Of a stretch of DNA of 64,000 nt, positions 1 to 8,533 are shown one piece after another; positions within the stretch are counted from its first letter, which is position 1; each line of letters opens with the position of its first letter. Location: positions 22,052 to 86,051 of the forward strand of contig JAPLDX010000048.1 in the NCBI GenBank assembly GCA_026391215.1, read 5' to 3'. The stretch comes from Bacteroidia bacterium (GTDB taxonomy: Bacteria; Bacteroidota; Bacteroidia; Bacteroidales; VadinHA17). The notes beneath the pieces are model-generated. The model saw only the letters and a list, made by a program, of their open reading frames with translations. It was not told the origin of the DNA and did no database searches. Made by a program: the position numbers and the translations under genes.

Positions 1-2422
1 GAGCTGGGCAGGCAATGTGGTTACCATCAGCGGAACTCCTACGACGACAACAGGAAGCCCGTTTGGCTATACAGTAACACTTACTGGAGGATGTGGAACA
101 GAGACAACAAACGGAACGATAACAGTCAATCCGGACAATACGATAACACTAACATCTGCTACTGTAACCAAAACGCAATGTGTAAAGATCAATGGAGCGA
201 TAATAGATATTACTTATTCGACAACAGGTGCAACAGGAGCAACAGTAACAGGATTACCGGCAGGAGTAACAGGGAGCTGGACAGGTAATACTGTTACAAT
301 TAGCGGGATACCCACAGCAACAGGAATCTTTAACTACAATATAACATTAACTGGAGGCTGCGGAACTGCGATCTCAGTAGGAACAATAACAGTCGCTGAT
401 GTTGTTGCGACAACTCTTCCCGAAGTAATATGCTTGTATGATCTCTCATGGAGCATGAACAGAGATTTTTATGATAATAGCACATCTGATCCTTTTGCAA
501 TAAAATTATACCATGCCAGAAATGCACTCTCAGCTTTCGTCGATCTGCTTTATAGTAATGAACCTTGTCAGTCAGCTTTGGGAGTGGCAAGATTTCCCGA
601 TTCTCCACAGGTTGGATGTGATGCCGGTACTGTCGAGATTTCACAATTCCTTGATAATCTGTATGATAATTATCTCACAGGTCCCTCGGGAAGAATTCAG
701 TCATTAATTGCTGATGGTAACAGCACTCCTCTTTTAGAAGGAGTCAATCATGCTATTGGGCTTTTCAACACAACAAATGCCAACAAAACAATTGTATTAT
801 TGACGGACGGCCGGCAGAATTGCCCATATTCAGGCATATCAAGCATAATAACAACCACAAATACCAGTTTGAAAAACGCAGGAATAAAGTTGTTTACAAT
901 AGGTTTCGGGGACTATGGCATAGTTCCGGACGACATCCTGGAACAGCTTGTTAATGGAACAGGAGGGAGGCATTATAATATTAGAACCTCTGAGAGCAAA
1001 TTGACTCCTCCTTATGACCCTGATGACCCTTCTTCTCTTGTTACATGGAATGCCGGAACTGCATTGAATGCAGTATTTAACAATATAATAAAAGTATTGC
1101 TGGGATTGGGAATATCAGATGACCCGCTGGATATAATTAACCAGGGCGAAGTAAAACAGTTCGATATACCGATAACAATTTTTGATGAGAAGGTATGTTT
1201 CTTTGTCAGCTGGGTAACTCCTCAGGAGAACTACCTTAATATTAAATTATTAACACCGGCAGGTACCGAACTGTCGCTTGACCAGGGCGGTATTAATATA
1301 ATACATCGTAATAACCATACCATAATCACCCTTTACGATGCATTGCTCAGTCAACCGGGCATGACCGGAATCTGGAAACTGAAAATTGACGGAACTGCAC
1401 TGGGAAATCCATCGGAGTTTTACCAGCATACAGTATTGAATACATCCAAAAAGCTTGATCTGAAAACATGGTTTGACAAGGAAAAATATTTAACCGGAGA
1501 GAAAATAAAAATATATGCTGAACTTTTGCTTGAGGAAAAACCGCTTGCAGGGCTGAATAAAACAATTATTATGGGAACCAGTCCGGAAATGAATCCCGGG
1601 AACTGGCTGGTAAGCAGGAAGCTTGACGCTCAAATGATTGAAAAAGCAAAGCAAAAGCAGCTTGAAGAATATCTGAAAGTGATCTCTGCTCAACATCTGA
1701 TTGAGAACCTGAACAGGGAAGCAAGAGAAGAATATCTTAATTCTCAGACAAATAATTTCCTGAAAAATATCGATCCGATAGAGGTAAGAATTCATGCATT
1801 AAGGGATGAATACCATCTGCTTCCACCGGGAGATGTTAAAATAAAAGGGCTGGCATTTAATGATAACGGCAAAAATGGAGATCAGAAAGCCGGAGACGGT
1901 ATTTACACTGCTGTTTATGTTCCAAAGCTGGAAGGCACATACAGTTTTAATATCTCATTCTCTGACTCAAGCCACGGTGAAAAGATATTACGCGAAAGCC
2001 ACATGCAGACTTTTATCAACTCCGGATCAAAATTGAAGTTCACCATCAGGAATATAAAGTTTATTGATAAAACAACGACCGGAGAAAAACTCTATGACAT
2101 AACATTCACATTAAAAGACAAATATGGGAATATCCCTATGCCTTATGCACTGGCTGATTTAAATCTTTCCATTGGCAAAGGCTTGCTTGTGGGGGTAATT
2201 ACTGATAACATGAATGGCACTTTCACTCAGAGAATATCACTTCCTTCAGGGGTAAGACTGAGAACAGTGATTTTATCATTCTCATCAGGCGAATTATCAG
2301 GCAGCAGGAAAATAGCCACGGGGACAGTGAAAATAATACTGCCTGCTATTGCCTTGATTTTGGCAGGAGCAATATTTTTACTGGCCGGTAAGAAGAAGAA
2401 AAAAAGAACGGATCAACTATGA
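1..2422 (+). CDS. VWA (MIDAS) domain protein with N-terminal Ig-like repeats, choice-of-anchor-X-like motif and C-terminal TM anchor; 5'-partial
   Basis: Frame is open from base 2 ([13 protein letters not shown]...), so the true start lies upstream of the window. Repeat [29 protein letters not shown] elements DLSWS (440-454), STP and LLTDG. Motif [20 protein letters not shown]-terminus [19 protein letters not shown] followed by KKKKKR. Confidence 0.8.
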   Translation, partial: SWAGNVVTISGTPTTTTGSPFGYTVTLTGGCGTETTNGTITVNPDNTITLTSATVTKTQCVKINGAIIDITYSTTGATGATVTGLPAGVTGSWTGNTVTISGIPTATGIFNYNITLTGGCGTAISVGTITVADVVATTLPEVICLYDLSWSMNRDFYDNSTSDPFAIKLYHARNALSAFVDLLYSNEPCQSALGVARFPDSPQVGCDAGTVEISQFLDNLYDNYLTGPSGRIQSLIADGNSTPLLEGVNHAIGLFNTTNANKTIVLLTDGRQNCPYSGISSIITTTNTSLKNAGIKLFTIGFGDYGIVPDDILEQLVNGTGGRHYNIRTSESKLTPPYDPDDPSSLVTWNAGTALNAVFNNIIKVLLGLGISDDPLDIINQGEVKQFDIPITIFDEKVCFFVSWVTPQENYLNIKLLTPAGTELSLDQGGINIIHRNNHTIITLYDALLSQPGMTGIWKLKIDGTALGNPSEFYQHTVLNTSKKLDLKTWFDKEKYLTGEKIKIYAELLLEEKPLAGLNKTIIMGTSPEMNPGNWLVSRKLDAQMIEKAKQKQLEEYLKVISAQHLIENLNREAREEYLNSQTNNFLKNIDPIEVRIHALRDEYHLLPPGDVKIKGLAFNDNGKNGDQKAGDGIYTAVYVPKLEGTYSFNISFSDSSHGEKILRESHMQTFINSGSKLKFTIRNIKFIDKTTTGEKLYDITFTLKDKYGNIPMPYALADLNLSIGKGLLVGVITDNMNGTFTQRISLPSGVRLRTVILSFSSGELSGSRKIATGTVKIILPAIALILAGAIFLLAGKKKKKRTDQL

Positions 2423-2462
2423 AACCCGATAAAATGATAAATCCCAATATTGCCATTGGTCT

Positions 2463-5400
2463 ATGCAGATAAAAACCGGACATATTATCAAACGTATTAC
2501 AGTTGTAATATTGATGGTTTCTTTTGTGTCTGAATTATTTTCACAATTGTTTACAAACTCCGGTATTTCACCTTTACCTGCAAAAACACTTAAATCTTCG
2601 GTAAACTGGGTTGATCTTAACATGGATGGCTATCTGGATCTGTCAGTTTCTGGTGAAGATTGGGATGGATCCGGTTTGGCGCAGGGAATATTAAATATAT
2701 TCAACAGCAGCCATACGATTGGATCAAACATCAGTATCAGACCACTTAGTGAAGGCTATCAGACGTGGAGTGATTTCAACAATGATGGTTATCCCGATCT
2801 GCTTTATGCAGGTAAGAATACCGTGGCGACAGCAGGAGTTGATACCTTTGAAGTTTCACTTGTTTATCATAGTAAATTTTCAGGTTTTACACCGTTAACC
2901 AAAGCTACAGCAGACTGGGGTGATTTTGATAATGACGGGGATTACGATGTCCTTATAGCTGGAAAAGATGCAGGAGGTACAGTCGTTACGAACCTTTACA
3001 AAAACACGAAAGGAGTATTCACCGATGTAAATGCCGGATTACCGGGAATTACTGACGGCAAAGTCTCGTTTATAGATTACGACCTTGACCAGGACCTGGA
3101 TATTTTTATTACAGGGCTTGATATTAATGTGAATAAATATACCCGTCTCTGGAAAAATAATGGCGGGACATTTACAGTGACAAACGATCTGTTCGTGAAT
3201 CTCCGGTATAGTCAGTTTGACTGGGGCGATGTTAATGGTGACGGGTATCCAGATCTTATGCTCGGAGGCTGGGATGAAACAAAGTGCCGTGGTATGGTTT
3301 ACATAAACAATGCCGGTAACGGATTCACCCTCTCAACCTATAAAGTACCTCAGGCCAATCGCGGAACTTCAGGCTTCGGAGATGTTGATAATGACGGCGA
3401 TCTGGATGCTTTTATTTCGGGTGTGAAATTCCAGACGTCTATTCTTTATAACCTGGTTTTCTATAATAACGGAACAGATTCACTTGTACCTGATAATTTC
3501 TCACTACCCGACAGGATCGTCTACAGTTCTGCCCAGTTCGCAGACTATGATAATAATAATGTCCTGGATTTTGCGGCAAATGGCGCTAAGGAAGATGGTA
3601 ACGGAATGACATTTATTGGCATTAATTCATTCGCAACCCCGAACTCAAAACCATCTGTTCCGGTAAATCTTACTACCGTGGTTGAGGGGACATCAGTAAC
3701 ATTGAGCTGGGATAATGCCACTGATAATAATACTCCTCCGCAATCGATAACCTATAATATCTATGTCGGAGTTGCAGGCAATAAAATTAAAATTGTATCT
3801 CCGGTTGCTGACCTTACAACAGGATTCCGAAGGATAGCCAGATCCGGTTATATACGTGATAATGTCTGGACACTGAAAGATCTCCCTGTCGGCACATATC
3901 TCTGGGGAGTCCAGGCTATTGATAATTCACTTGGAGCTTCGGCCTTTTCAACCGAATCGACCTTCGACATCAAAGAACGGTTCACGAAAGTAACTTCAAC
4001 CGAAACTCCAAACATAAGTTCACCTGCAATCTTCTTTGACAGCGACCACGATAATGACATGGATATATTCCTTAATTGCACCAATTCATTGCAGATTATT
4101 GAAAATACCCTCAGTCCATTCACCCAGGCTAATTACAGAACGATCTCGGCTGACAGCTACAATCCCATTTCCACAATTACTCCGAATGATTATAATAATA
4201 ATAATCAGATCGATTTTAGCATCTCTGGAAACTATACTGTGAATGGTTTACGTGATTCAAGCATTGCATTGTATGGTTTCAACAGTGCGTTTAACTATAG
4301 TGTTGTAAATGAAGCCCTTGTAAAAAATATCAATTTTGAATATGTTCTGTGGACCGACCTTAACAATGACGGGAAACAGGATTTCATAACGTCAGGAATG
4401 ACAACCAACCTGACGACCAATAAGCCGGTCACCAGGCTTTATAAGAATCTGGGGAACGGGATTTTCCAGAAAGTCACACATTCAATAAGAGGCTTCGAAA
4501 AATGCGGGGCAGTAGCGGGTGATTTTGATAATGATATGGATGTTGATCTGATCATATATGGAAAGGATTCACTTGGAACTGCCAACACATATGTCTACAT
4601 AAATAAGGGGAATTTTGTTTTTACAGAAGAGCTGATATCCGGTAATGAATTATACAGAAAGTATCTTCAAAGCGGAATCTTTACAGGAGATTATAATCTC
4701 GATGGTCAGCTTGACATTTATTTGTCGGGGAATAACCTTCTTAATGACAAGTATATAAAAGTTCTCCTTAACAATTCGATGAATTTTACCGATGCCAACC
4801 TCCAGATAAGGACTTCAACCACTATGTCTAATTTCTGGGCCGATTATGATTATGACGGAGACCTTGATCTTTATTCACTATCCATTTATGGTTCACTTGA
4901 TAAAACGCGGCTCTATCTTAATAATAATGGTACTCTTGAGGAAATAATCATTGATCTTGCTGCCTCGAATAAACTTGAATTGCCGTTCATGGCCGTCAAT
5001 CTCGATAACAAAAACGGCCTGGATTTTCTGATGAAAATTGGTGCCGGAAACTACAATCAATATTATGATAACTGGGGCTCTAATGAACGGATAAGCACTG
5101 CTCCTGCCAACACACGGTACGACCAGGATAAGCTTGATATTATCCTGAAATGGGACAAATTATCATCTTGTCCGGGTTGTACTTATAACATAAGGGTTGG
5201 AACTGTGCCCAATGGGGTGGATATTATGTCGCCAATGTCGGATATCAGTACTGGCTACAGGTATGTTATTCAGCCGGGCAACGCTTACATGAATGAAAAA
5301 TGGAGATTATGTGATCTGCCGGTTGGAACATATTACTGGAGTGTGCAGGCAGTCGATCCTTCAAATACAGGGGGTCCCTGGTCTGCAGAAAATTCTTTTG

Positions 5401-8354
5401 TGGTCAGTCATATAGATGCGGATTTTTCATTCACAACTGTATGTAAAGGAGATTCAACAGCATTCAGTGATCTTTCTGTCGGAACGGATCCTATTACAAA
5501 ATGGAAATGGAGTTTCGGTGACGGCACTGTGAGCACCTTAAAGAATCCCAGGCATTTATATTCAGTTGCTGGTACTTTCACAGCCGGATTGTGGGCTTAT
5601 TCAGAAGTCGGAGATAGTGCATATCAGAGTTATGATGTACTGGTGAAAGCTGTCCCTGTTGCTGATTTCTCTGCAAATATTGCCTGCCAGGGAACACCAA
5701 CCACCTTTACAAACAATACAAATACCGGAGGACTCACAATCCTTAACTGGTTATGGAACTTTGGAGATGGACAAACATCAGACCTCCTGAATCCCGGAAC
5801 ACATGGATATCTCAATCCTACTGATTATCAGGCATCACTTACAGTCGTTGCAGATAACAGTTGTTCTGATGTAATTAACAGAACAGTTACGGTAGCCAGT
5901 TACCCTGCAGCTCTGATTACAACAGATGGATCACTGATTTTCTGTAAAGGAGACAGTGTAACTCTTTCCGTAACACATATCAGCAGCTATACATATGAAT
6001 GGATGGTCGGAGGGACCGCCCTTACCGGAGGAGATTCAAGCAGATACATAGCGAGGTTATCAGGGAATTACACTGTCGAGGTTGTTAATACAATCGGGAA
6101 CTGCAGGGATACCTCTTCAGTTATTGCAGTAACAGCACTGGATGCACCGGCAGCACCTTTGATAATTGCAGACGGTTCAAAGGTTTTCTGTGAGGGTGAC
6201 TCAGTAGTGCTGAGTGTTACAAATACTTCCGGATATACATATCAATGGAGACGCGACGGTGGGACAGTAGGAACCGATTCATACCAGCATGTTGCAAAAT
6301 CAGCTGGCATCTATTCTCTTACCGTTTCCAACTCGACAGGATGTGCTGTTGATGCAACGGATACTTTAAGTGTCACAGTAAATCCAAAGCCCACCCTGCC
6401 GGTTATAAGCATTAGCGGACCTACTACTTTCTGCCAGGGAGGAAGTGTAGAACTTAGTGTTGTAAATAATCCGCTAAACTCATATCAATGGGAGAATAAC
6501 GGAGCAGCCATGTCCGGAGCAACAACAAATGCTTATACTGCTCAGAATACAGGGGTTTATTCATTGAAAATCTCAAACTCAAGCGAATGTAGTATAAAAA
6601 CTGAAAACGATACAGTCAGTGTATTAACAGCTCCTTCTGCACCATTGATTTCAGCAGGCGGGGCACTTGAATTCTGTCTGGGTGATTCAGTGGTTTTAAG
6701 CGTTACAAATACTTCCGGATATACATATCAGTGGAGACGCGACGGTGGGACAGTGGGAACCGATTCATACCAGCATGTTGCAAAATCAGCTGGCATCTAT
6801 TCTCTTACCGTTTCCAACTCAACAGGATGTGCTGTTGATGCAACGGATACTTTAAGTGTCACAGTAAATCCAAAGCCCACCCTGCCTGTTATAAGCATTA
6901 GCGGACCTACTACTTTCTGTCAGGGAGGAAATGTGCAGCTTAGAGTTGTAGATAATCCGCTAATCTCATATCAGTGGGAGAATAACGGAGTTGCCATGTA
7001 CGGAGATACAATAAATGTTTATACTGCTCAAAATGCAGGGATTTATTCATTGAAAATCTCAAATTCAGATGGTTGTTATACAAGAACTGAATCTATAAAT
7101 GTTAGTGTTCTCACAGCACCATCTGCCCCTCTGATATCTGCAGCAGGGGCTATAGAATTCTGTTCAGGGGATTCGGTTATCCTTAGTGTTACCAATACGG
7201 TGGGAGACAATTATTATTGGAAACTAAATGGGGGCGCTGTAGGGACAAATTCAAATAAGTATACAGGAATAAATTCAGGGACCTATAGCCTGGTGGTATC
7301 CAACAGCAATAGATGCTCTGTTACCTCCACGAATTCAATTGATGTCATTGTGAAGAGTGTTCCAACTGTCGGAGATCTCAGTACTGAAGGGAAGCCGGAT
7401 TTCTGCGAAGGGAAGAATGTGATTCTCAGCATACCTTCTGTTGCCGGGTTCACTTACAGCTGGAGAAATGAATTCGGACCAATTAATGTCTTCACAAACA
7501 GCTATACAGCAACAACAACCGGCAAATACCAGCTGGAGATTTCAAATGCTTCAGGATGCAGTGTAAAAACTTCTCCAGTACAGGTTACAGTAAAACCATC
7601 ACCAGACAAACCTGATATAACTGATTATAATTACACGGAAAACAAGTGTCCGGCAGATGATCCTATCAGGCTTGAAGTTACCAATGCAGTTGAGGGTTAT
7701 CAGTATCAGTGGTATAAGGATGGAGTGAAAAGTGTTAACGATACGCTATCACATCTTGAATTCTATGAACAGGGTATATACAAGGTTGTGGCCGGTCTTG
7801 ATGAATGCCAGGCAGAATCTGATGCTTTTCCGATCACTCTTCCTGCGTCTCCCGATAAACCACTGATATATGCACAGGGCAATGTAGTATGGTACTTGGC
7901 ATGCAGTAATATGAAAGCCAAGGAGTATAAATGGTACTGCGACAGCAAGCTCATTGAAGGAGCTAAGGAGTACTTTTATGTTGTAGGGAGAAAGATGGGT
8001 GATTATCAGGTAAGCATTTCAAACGAACAGGGATGCTTTACAAGAAGTGATATCGTCACAATACCGGTCCCTGAAACAACGGAAATAGAAAATGCTGATC
8101 TGTTTGAAGGGATAATCATATATCCCAATCCTACAAACGGATTCTTCACAATCGAAATTGATAACAACTTATTCGGAGAACTGATCATCAGGATAATATC
8201 GGAGCAGGGGAAAGTAATAAGAGACATAAAGCTGGATAAAACGACTGAACACTTCTCCTCTGAAATTGACCTCAGCGGGCAGGCTTATGGTATTTATATC
8301 ATTAATCTGACCATTGAGAAATATTCTGCAACGAGGAAAGTGATTCTCAAATAG
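2463..8354 (+). CDS. T9SS type-A cargo, 1963 aa: 2 x (7-blade FG-GAP propeller + FN3-like), 2 PKD, about 9 Ig-like domains, CTD
   Basis: Signal peptide ending LFS-Q. 14 Dx[DN]xDG-type blades. Two YxWxVQA[IV]D FN3-like ends. Two W[SN]FGDG PKD motifs. Seven FCxGxx[VN] Ig-like repeats. C-terminal IYPNPT...RKVILK. Confidence 0.9.
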   Translation: MQIKTGHIIKRITVVILMVSFVSELFSQLFTNSGISPLPAKTLKSSVNWVDLNMDGYLDLSVSGEDWDGSGLAQGILNIFNSSHTIGSNISIRPLSEGYQTWSDFNNDGYPDLLYAGKNTVATAGVDTFEVSLVYHSKFSGFTPLTKATADWGDFDNDGDYDVLIAGKDAGGTVVTNLYKNTKGVFTDVNAGLPGITDGKVSFIDYDLDQDLDIFITGLDINVNKYTRLWKNNGGTFTVTNDLFVNLRYSQFDWGDVNGDGYPDLMLGGWDETKCRGMVYINNAGNGFTLSTYKVPQANRGTSGFGDVDNDGDLDAFISGVKFQTSILYNLVFYNNGTDSLVPDNFSLPDRIVYSSAQFADYDNNNVLDFAANGAKEDGNGMTFIGINSFATPNSKPSVPVNLTTVVEGTSVTLSWDNATDNNTPPQSITYNIYVGVAGNKIKIVSPVADLTTGFRRIARSGYIRDNVWTLKDLPVGTYLWGVQAIDNSLGASAFSTESTFDIKERFTKVTSTETPNISSPAIFFDSDHDNDMDIFLNCTNSLQIIENTLSPFTQANYRTISADSYNPISTITPNDYNNNNQIDFSISGNYTVNGLRDSSIALYGFNSAFNYSVVNEALVKNINFEYVLWTDLNNDGKQDFITSGMTTNLTTNKPVTRLYKNLGNGIFQKVTHSIRGFEKCGAVAGDFDNDMDVDLIIYGKDSLGTANTYVYINKGNFVFTEELISGNELYRKYLQSGIFTGDYNLDGQLDIYLSGNNLLNDKYIKVLLNNSMNFTDANLQIRTSTTMSNFWADYDYDGDLDLYSLSIYGSLDKTRLYLNNNGTLEEIIIDLAASNKLELPFMAVNLDNKNGLDFLMKIGAGNYNQYYDNWGSNERISTAPANTRYDQDKLDIILKWDKLSSCPGCTYNIRVGTVPNGVDIMSPMSDISTGYRYVIQPGNAYMNEKWRLCDLPVGTYYWSVQAVDPSNTGGPWSAENSFVVSHIDADFSFTTVCKGDSTAFSDLSVGTDPITKWKWSFGDGTVSTLKNPRHLYSVAGTFTAGLWAYSEVGDSAYQSYDVLVKAVPVADFSANIACQGTPTTFTNNTNTGGLTILNWLWNFGDGQTSDLLNPGTHGYLNPTDYQASLTVVADNSCSDVINRTVTVASYPAALITTDGSLIFCKGDSVTLSVTHISSYTYEWMVGGTALTGGDSSRYIARLSGNYTVEVVNTIGNCRDTSSVIAVTALDAPAAPLIIADGSKVFCEGDSVVLSVTNTSGYTYQWRRDGGTVGTDSYQHVAKSAGIYSLTVSNSTGCAVDATDTLSVTVNPKPTLPVISISGPTTFCQGGSVELSVVNNPLNSYQWENNGAAMSGATTNAYTAQNTGVYSLKISNSSECSIKTENDTVSVLTAPSAPLISAGGALEFCLGDSVVLSVTNTSGYTYQWRRDGGTVGTDSYQHVAKSAGIYSLTVSNSTGCAVDATDTLSVTVNPKPTLPVISISGPTTFCQGGNVQLRVVDNPLISYQWENNGVAMYGDTINVYTAQNAGIYSLKISNSDGCYTRTESINVSVLTAPSAPLISAAGAIEFCSGDSVILSVTNTVGDNYYWKLNGGAVGTNSNKYTGINSGTYSLVVSNSNRCSVTSTNSIDVIVKSVPTVGDLSTEGKPDFCEGKNVILSIPSVAGFTYSWRNEFGPINVFTNSYTATTTGKYQLEISNASGCSVKTSPVQVTVKPSPDKPDITDYNYTENKCPADDPIRLEVTNAVEGYQYQWYKDGVKSVNDTLSHLEFYEQGIYKVVAGLDECQAESDAFPITLPASPDKPLIYAQGNVVWYLACSNMKAKEYKWYCDSKLIEGAKEYFYVVGRKMGDYQVSISNEQGCFTRSDIVTIPVPETTEIENADLFEGIIIYPNPTNGFFTIEIDNNLFGELIIRIISEQGKVIRDIKLDKTTEHFSSEIDLSGQAYGIYIINLTIEKYSATRKVILK
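6216..6929 (+). repeat. Intragenic tandem duplication, period 486 nt (two Ig-like domains)
   Basis: 6216-6443 and 6702-6929 are identical except for 5 synonymous third-position differences. The second half of each 486-nt unit is more diverged. Confidence 0.95.
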
Positions 8355-8362
8355 AAAGGGTT

Positions 8363-8433
8363 ACAGTTTACGGTGCGTGGTCCAGGATATTTAGTACCAT
8401 TGTACCGTACACCATATACCATGAACCGTTTTT
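8363..8433 (+). terminator. Imperfect inverted repeat with 7-nt periodicity followed by a T-tract; possible intrinsic terminator
   Basis: Left arm ACAGT/ACGGT/GTGGT at 8363/8370/8377. Right arm ACC[AG]T at 8396/8404/8411/8418/8425, then TTTTT. Lies just after the stop of 2463-8354. Confidence 0.45.
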
Positions 8434-8476
8434 CATCACCACAAATCTGCTTCTTATCAAATACCGTGATAAAGAG

Positions 8477-8508
8477 TTGTTATTACAGGAAAAAAATCCT
8501 AAATTTTG
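8477..8508 (+). promoter_or_regulatory. Putative Bacteroidota primary-sigma promoter (TTG-N20-TAAATTTTG) for the giant cargo gene
   Basis: Variant of the TTTG-N19-21-TAnnTTTG consensus, about 25 nt before ATG 8534. The same motif and spacing recur before 39498. Confidence 0.55.
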
Positions 8509-8533
8509 TGTTTTTTCCATCCATTTAGGCGAG

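Noticed and set aside
2320-2422. C-terminal TM tail as a GlyGly-CTERM/rhombosortase substrate of the rhomboids at 52912-54542
   Set aside because: No Gly-Gly/Ser-rich motif precedes the helix, and the rhomboids sit in the ordinary mutL-linked cluster 50 kb away.
6216-6929. Near-identical pair as a possible DGR template/variable repeat
   Set aside because: Differences are synonymous and not adenine-specific (they include G/T and C/T), both copies are in frame in one gene, and no reverse transcriptase is present.
8355-8533. Invertible (phase-variable) promoter upstream of the giant gene
   Set aside because: The inverted repeats lie upstream of the promoter-like motif rather than flanking it, and no recombinase gene is visible.
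8477-8533. Longer upstream starts given by the ORF track (8477, 49105, 50975, 50951, 63291)
   Set aside because: The extensions overlap promoter motifs or neighbouring genes; the downstream ATGs give proper signal peptides or family N-termini.
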